From positions 11,842,001-11,906,000 of the forward strand of contig CM022678.1 in assembly GCA_012295275.1 (NCBI GenBank): 64,000 nucleotides of DNA, written 5' to 3'. The notes beneath the pieces are model-generated. The model was given only the letters and a program-made list of their open reading frames with translations, was not told where the DNA came from and searched no databases. This DNA is from Chrysomallon squamiferum. Taxonomy: Eukaryota > Animalia > Mollusca. Both the position numbers and the translations under genes were made by a program. Numbering within the stretch: the stretch's first letter is position 1; the number at the start of each line of letters is the position of its first letter. This document shows, in pieces, positions 60,156 through 64,000 of this stretch.

Positions 60156-60793
60156 TTAGAAAGGCGTGGTGCAGACGAAGGGCGTGGCTGGCAGATCACT
60201 GTCCCGTCCGTAAACTGAGCACTGTTTGAACTCACAGGGACTCGTTCTGCACGCGTACCTCACCCCGACGACATTTTGGTGATACGCGGAAGTGGACAGG
60301 GTGACTGTCGCCGTGTCGCCGTGCGTGATTGGTGCAGGCAGCCACGTGTCGCGTGCTGCGCAGTAAGAGACATGCGCAGAGCAGCAGATCTGTGAAACAG
60401 ACGAAAATTATTTTGAATTTGAATGTTTTTCTTTTTCATTTGTCTGCACTTTTGTATGAAATATGATAATATAAATTTATTTTCTTAAATTCGTTTGCTG
60501 TTGTATGAATGAAATAAGCACTGAAAAAGAGAATACGTTTGAAATGAAGAATAACAAAGTAAGATACATTTAAACTAGCAAATGAACTGAGAAATATCTA
60601 TGTATTTATCTATTTATCTATCTATCTATCTATCTATCTATATATCTATATATTTCACTACAAGCAACTAAAAAGGCACAAAATAGATGAATGAACGAAT
60701 GAACGAGCAAATAATAAACAAATTTCAGAAATATACGTCAGAAACAGATGACAAACAAACCAAAACTAAACAAACCAAACAAACAAATAAACA

Positions 60794-60841
<48 letters not shown>

Positions 60842-62182
60842 GAACTTTACGTACAGCGAAACCGCGGTGATAGTTTCTGACTTCTATTGGAGTTCTGCCG
60901 TGGTCGTATTCGATTGTGAGATGATGTTGATGTTTGTCTAACTTGAATGACGTCGGAAAAGGGCCCTGGAACTCGATGTTTTTCCTACCATACGCCACAG
61001 TCAGAGCGCAGAGTACCAGTCTATGCGCAACATCCTGTTTGTCACGTGGATGGATTCTACGAGTGAGAGAATGAATGAATGAATGAAGGAACGATCGAAA
61101 GACTGACTTACAGGAAGCTGCTCTGTTATTTATTTGTAGGTTTGTTTATTTTCTGTCGTTATTTATTACATCATTTGTTATTTGTCAGTTGTAATTATTA
61201 TTAGTAGTAGCAGTTGTGTTGGTATAGTAGTAGTAGTACTAGTAGGGATTGTTCTAATTGTAGTATAGGGTAACATGCGTAGTAGTCATCATAGTAGCAT
61301 TAAGGTAATAGTATTAGTAGTAGCAGCGACGTGAATAAAATTTTACCATTATTACTTCTATTACTACAACCACCACTACTACTGCTAGAGCTACTACAAC
61401 AACTATTACTGCTACTGATGCTGCTACTACGTCTGCTATTACTCCTACAACTAATACACCTATTATTATTATTATTATTCCTACCACTACGACTACAACA
61501 ACAACAACTACGACTACTACTAACACTACTACTACTACTACTACTCTACTACTACTAATAATAATAATAGTAATAATCAGTATTATAATCGGTTTGTTTT
61601 ATTTTTGTTTTAATATTATTTTTGTTTAAACTTACGTTTCACGAGGTGAAGAGAAATCTGGAAGATCCATAGCAACCGCCATGAAAGTGTTCGGCATCTT
61701 GTGATTTGCCACGTGGCCAACTTTCGCCGTCTGCGACCATCTCAAGGGAGGCAACCCACCTACACTGTCTAAGTTGTGAGCATTGGCAGCGAGCTGAAAT
61801 ACAATAACAATAGTAACAACAACAACAACAATAAATATTACTGTGATTAACATCATCATCATCGTCATCAACATCACAGTTGTCGTAACTAAACTCAGAT
61901 CGGAAGGAAAATAAATGAATGACGGTTAATGACAAATCTCTCTCGAGCAACTGGTTAGATCGGGAGAAAACCCACTTGGATGGTCAGGAGATTTGATCTA
62001 GCAACCCACACGACACATTATTTGAACTACAGAGATCCTGCTAAGATCACAGATAAAACAACTAACGAGTTGATGTTAATTTTCACCTGAACAAAGCCGA
62101 AGGGGAAGTCGGGTCGAGTCTCGCCGAGTGAGACGTGGTGAAACTTGATTCTCCAGTCTTTGATCACAGCAGGAAACTGACA
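60156..62182 (-). CDS. SIAE: Sialate O-acetylesterase-like (SGNH/SASA family), 3' part; exons (minus) ~62182-62087, 61793-61636, 61056-60855, 60389-60156
   Basis: Spliced translation CQFPAVIKDWRIKFHHVSLGETRPDFPFGFVQ|LAAN...LRWSQTAKVGHVANHKMPNTFMAVAMDLPDFSSPRET|IHPRDKQDVAHRL...VAYG...GPFP...|ICC...VRYAC..SPCEFKQCSVY..DSDLPATPF matches SIAE hallmark motifs, including the catalytic His (IHPRDKQ). Phases 0,2,0 consistent. The 5' part is disrupted or outside the window. Confidence 0.9.
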
Positions 62183-62918
62183 CGAGTGAGACGTGGTGAA
62201 ACTTGATTCTCCAGTCTTTGATCACAGCAGGAAACTGACACGAGTGAGACGTGGTGAAACTTGATTCTCCAGTCTTTGATCACAGCAGGAAACTGACACG
62301 AGTGAGACGTGGTGAAACTTGATTCTCCAGTCTTTGATCACAGCAGGAAACTGACACGAGTGAGACGTGGTGAAACTTGATTCTCCAGTCTTTGATCACA
62401 GCAGGAAACTGACACGAGTGAGACGTGGTGAAACTTGATTCTCCAGTCTTTGATCACAGCAGGAAACTGACACGAGTGAGACGTGGTGAAACTTGATTCT
62501 CCAGTCTTTGATCACAGCAGGAAACTGACACGAGTGAGACGTGGTGAAACTTGATTCTCCAGTCTTTGATCACAGCAGGAAACTGACACGAGTGAGACGT
62601 GGTGAAACTTGATTCTCCAGTCTTTGATCACAGCAGGAAACTGACACGAGTGAGACGTGGTGAAACTTGATTCTCCAGTCTTTGATCACAGCAGGAAACT
62701 GACACGAGTGAGACGTGGTGAAACTTGATTCTCCAGTCTTTGATCACAGCAGGAAACTGACACGAGTGAGACGTGGTGAAACTTGATTCTCCAGTCTTTG
62801 ATCACAGCAGGAAACTGACACGAGTGAGACGTGGTGAAACTTGATTCTCCAGTCTTTGATCACAGCAGGAAACTGACACGAGTGAGACGTGGTGAAACTT
62901 GATTCTCCAGTCTTTGAT
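62126..62918 (-). repeat. 58-bp unit x13 (+partial) made entirely of SIAE coding sequence
   Basis: gagtgagacgtggtgaaacttgattctccagtctttgatcacagcaggaaactgacac every 58 bp from 62126 to 62880; scrambled copies continue to ~63300. Confidence 0.97.
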
Positions 62919-63361
62919 ATACACAGGAAATATACACAGAGACGTGGTGAAACACATTCTCCAGTCTTTGACACACAAACACAAATTTACATACATCACA
63001 TACAAAAAGTATAAACTTTTCTCCAGTCTTTGATCACACAGGAAACTGACACAGTGAGACATGGAAACATTCTCCAGTCTTTGATCACAACAAAACATAA
63101 AGGAAAAGAACAACTCCAGTCTTTGACATAGAGGAAACTGCAACTGTAACATGAACGACCAGTCTTTGACAACAAAAGGAAAACACGAATTAGACGTGGT
63201 GACCAGATGGCTTTATCACAGCAGTAGGTAAACTGTGTTGATCATCGCGTTCCAAAAACTGACACGAGTGAGACGTGGTGAAACTAGATTCTCCAGTTCT
63301 GAATTACAGCAAAACTAGCAGAACGTATTAAACTTGAAAATAGTATTTAAAAAAACCTGCC

Positions 63362-63620
63362 GACTGTTTGTGTAAATATAAATTTAGACTGTGACTGTGT
63401 AAATATAAATTTAGTCTGTTTGTGTAAATATAAAAACTTGATTAGACTGTTTGTGTAAATATAAATTTAGACTGTTTGTGTAAATATAAATTTAGACTGT
63501 TTGTGTAAATATAAATTTAGACTGTTTGTGTAAATATAAATTTAGACTGTTTGTGTAAATATAAATTTAGACTGTTTGTGTAAATATAAATTTAGACTGT
63601 TTGTCTAAATATAAATTTAG
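63362..63620. repeat. Minisatellite, 25-bp unit gactgtttgtgtaaatataaattta, ~10 copies
   Basis: Direct tandem repetition. Confidence 0.95.
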
Positions 63621-64000
63621 ATTCTGTTCTCACGCTGCGTGTTTTGGAAAAATTCCGGAAACCAGTTTTGTTAAAACAACAAAAAAAAAAAACAAAACAA
63701 AAAAAACAAAAAAAAAACAAAACAAAAAACGAAAAAACAGAATTTCCAGTTTTGATCTAATCTGAACAGATGATTTCAAAATAAAACAAGAAGAAGAAAA
63801 ATAAATAAATGGTGAAACAAAACAACAGGAAACAACAGAATAACTGGTGAAACTTATCGTTTAGTTTTACTATTTTGACAATTGTTAAACAAGATATACA
63901 CAGAGAAGACCACGTTTTCTGGTCCCAAAACAAGCATTTCCGATAGATGTGTCTTTTTTTTTGTCTTTTTACTTTGCTGTTAAATGTAATATTTCTGAAC

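Noticed and set aside
63620-64000. Further upstream SIAE exons
   Set aside because: Only scrambled hints (WNAMIN-like near 63236-63253 and AIW-like near 63203-63213, minus strand) are visible; no exon with clear splice sites and motif could be defined beyond 63300.

Overview
AT-rich, microsatellite-dense eukaryotic genomic DNA, probably from a lophotrochozoan invertebrate such as a mollusc (inference from gene content and repeat style). No prokaryotic features are present, and most ORFs in the supplied track are translated microsatellites. Five protein-coding genes can be reconstructed by hand from GT-AG junctions and reading-frame phase. (1) An intronless class A GPCR (1535-2542, +). (2) NSMCE2/Nse2 SUMO ligase, 5 exons (6563-11321, +), with a Tigger-like DNA transposon remnant in intron 3. 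(3) A large insulin receptor substrate (IRS/chico-like) gene (17212-43216, +; PH, PTB, ten YxxM motifs, two C-terminal SHP2-type motifs), two of whose exons are scrambled in this sequence. (4) A SNAG-domain C2H2 zinc-finger repressor related to Gfi1/Senseless and Fez (53125-59240, +). (5) The 3' part of a sialate O-acetylesterase (SIAE)-like gene (- strand, stop at 60156). The most striking pattern is about 25 mutually unrelated, locally born minisatellites (15-75 bp units). Several are tandem amplifications of real exon-intron junctions of the IRS gene, giving arrays of up to ~22 near-identical decoy splice sites. One is a 58-bp piece of SIAE coding exon repeated 13 times. Scrambled sequence at array edges suggests consensus/assembly artefacts that must be excluded.
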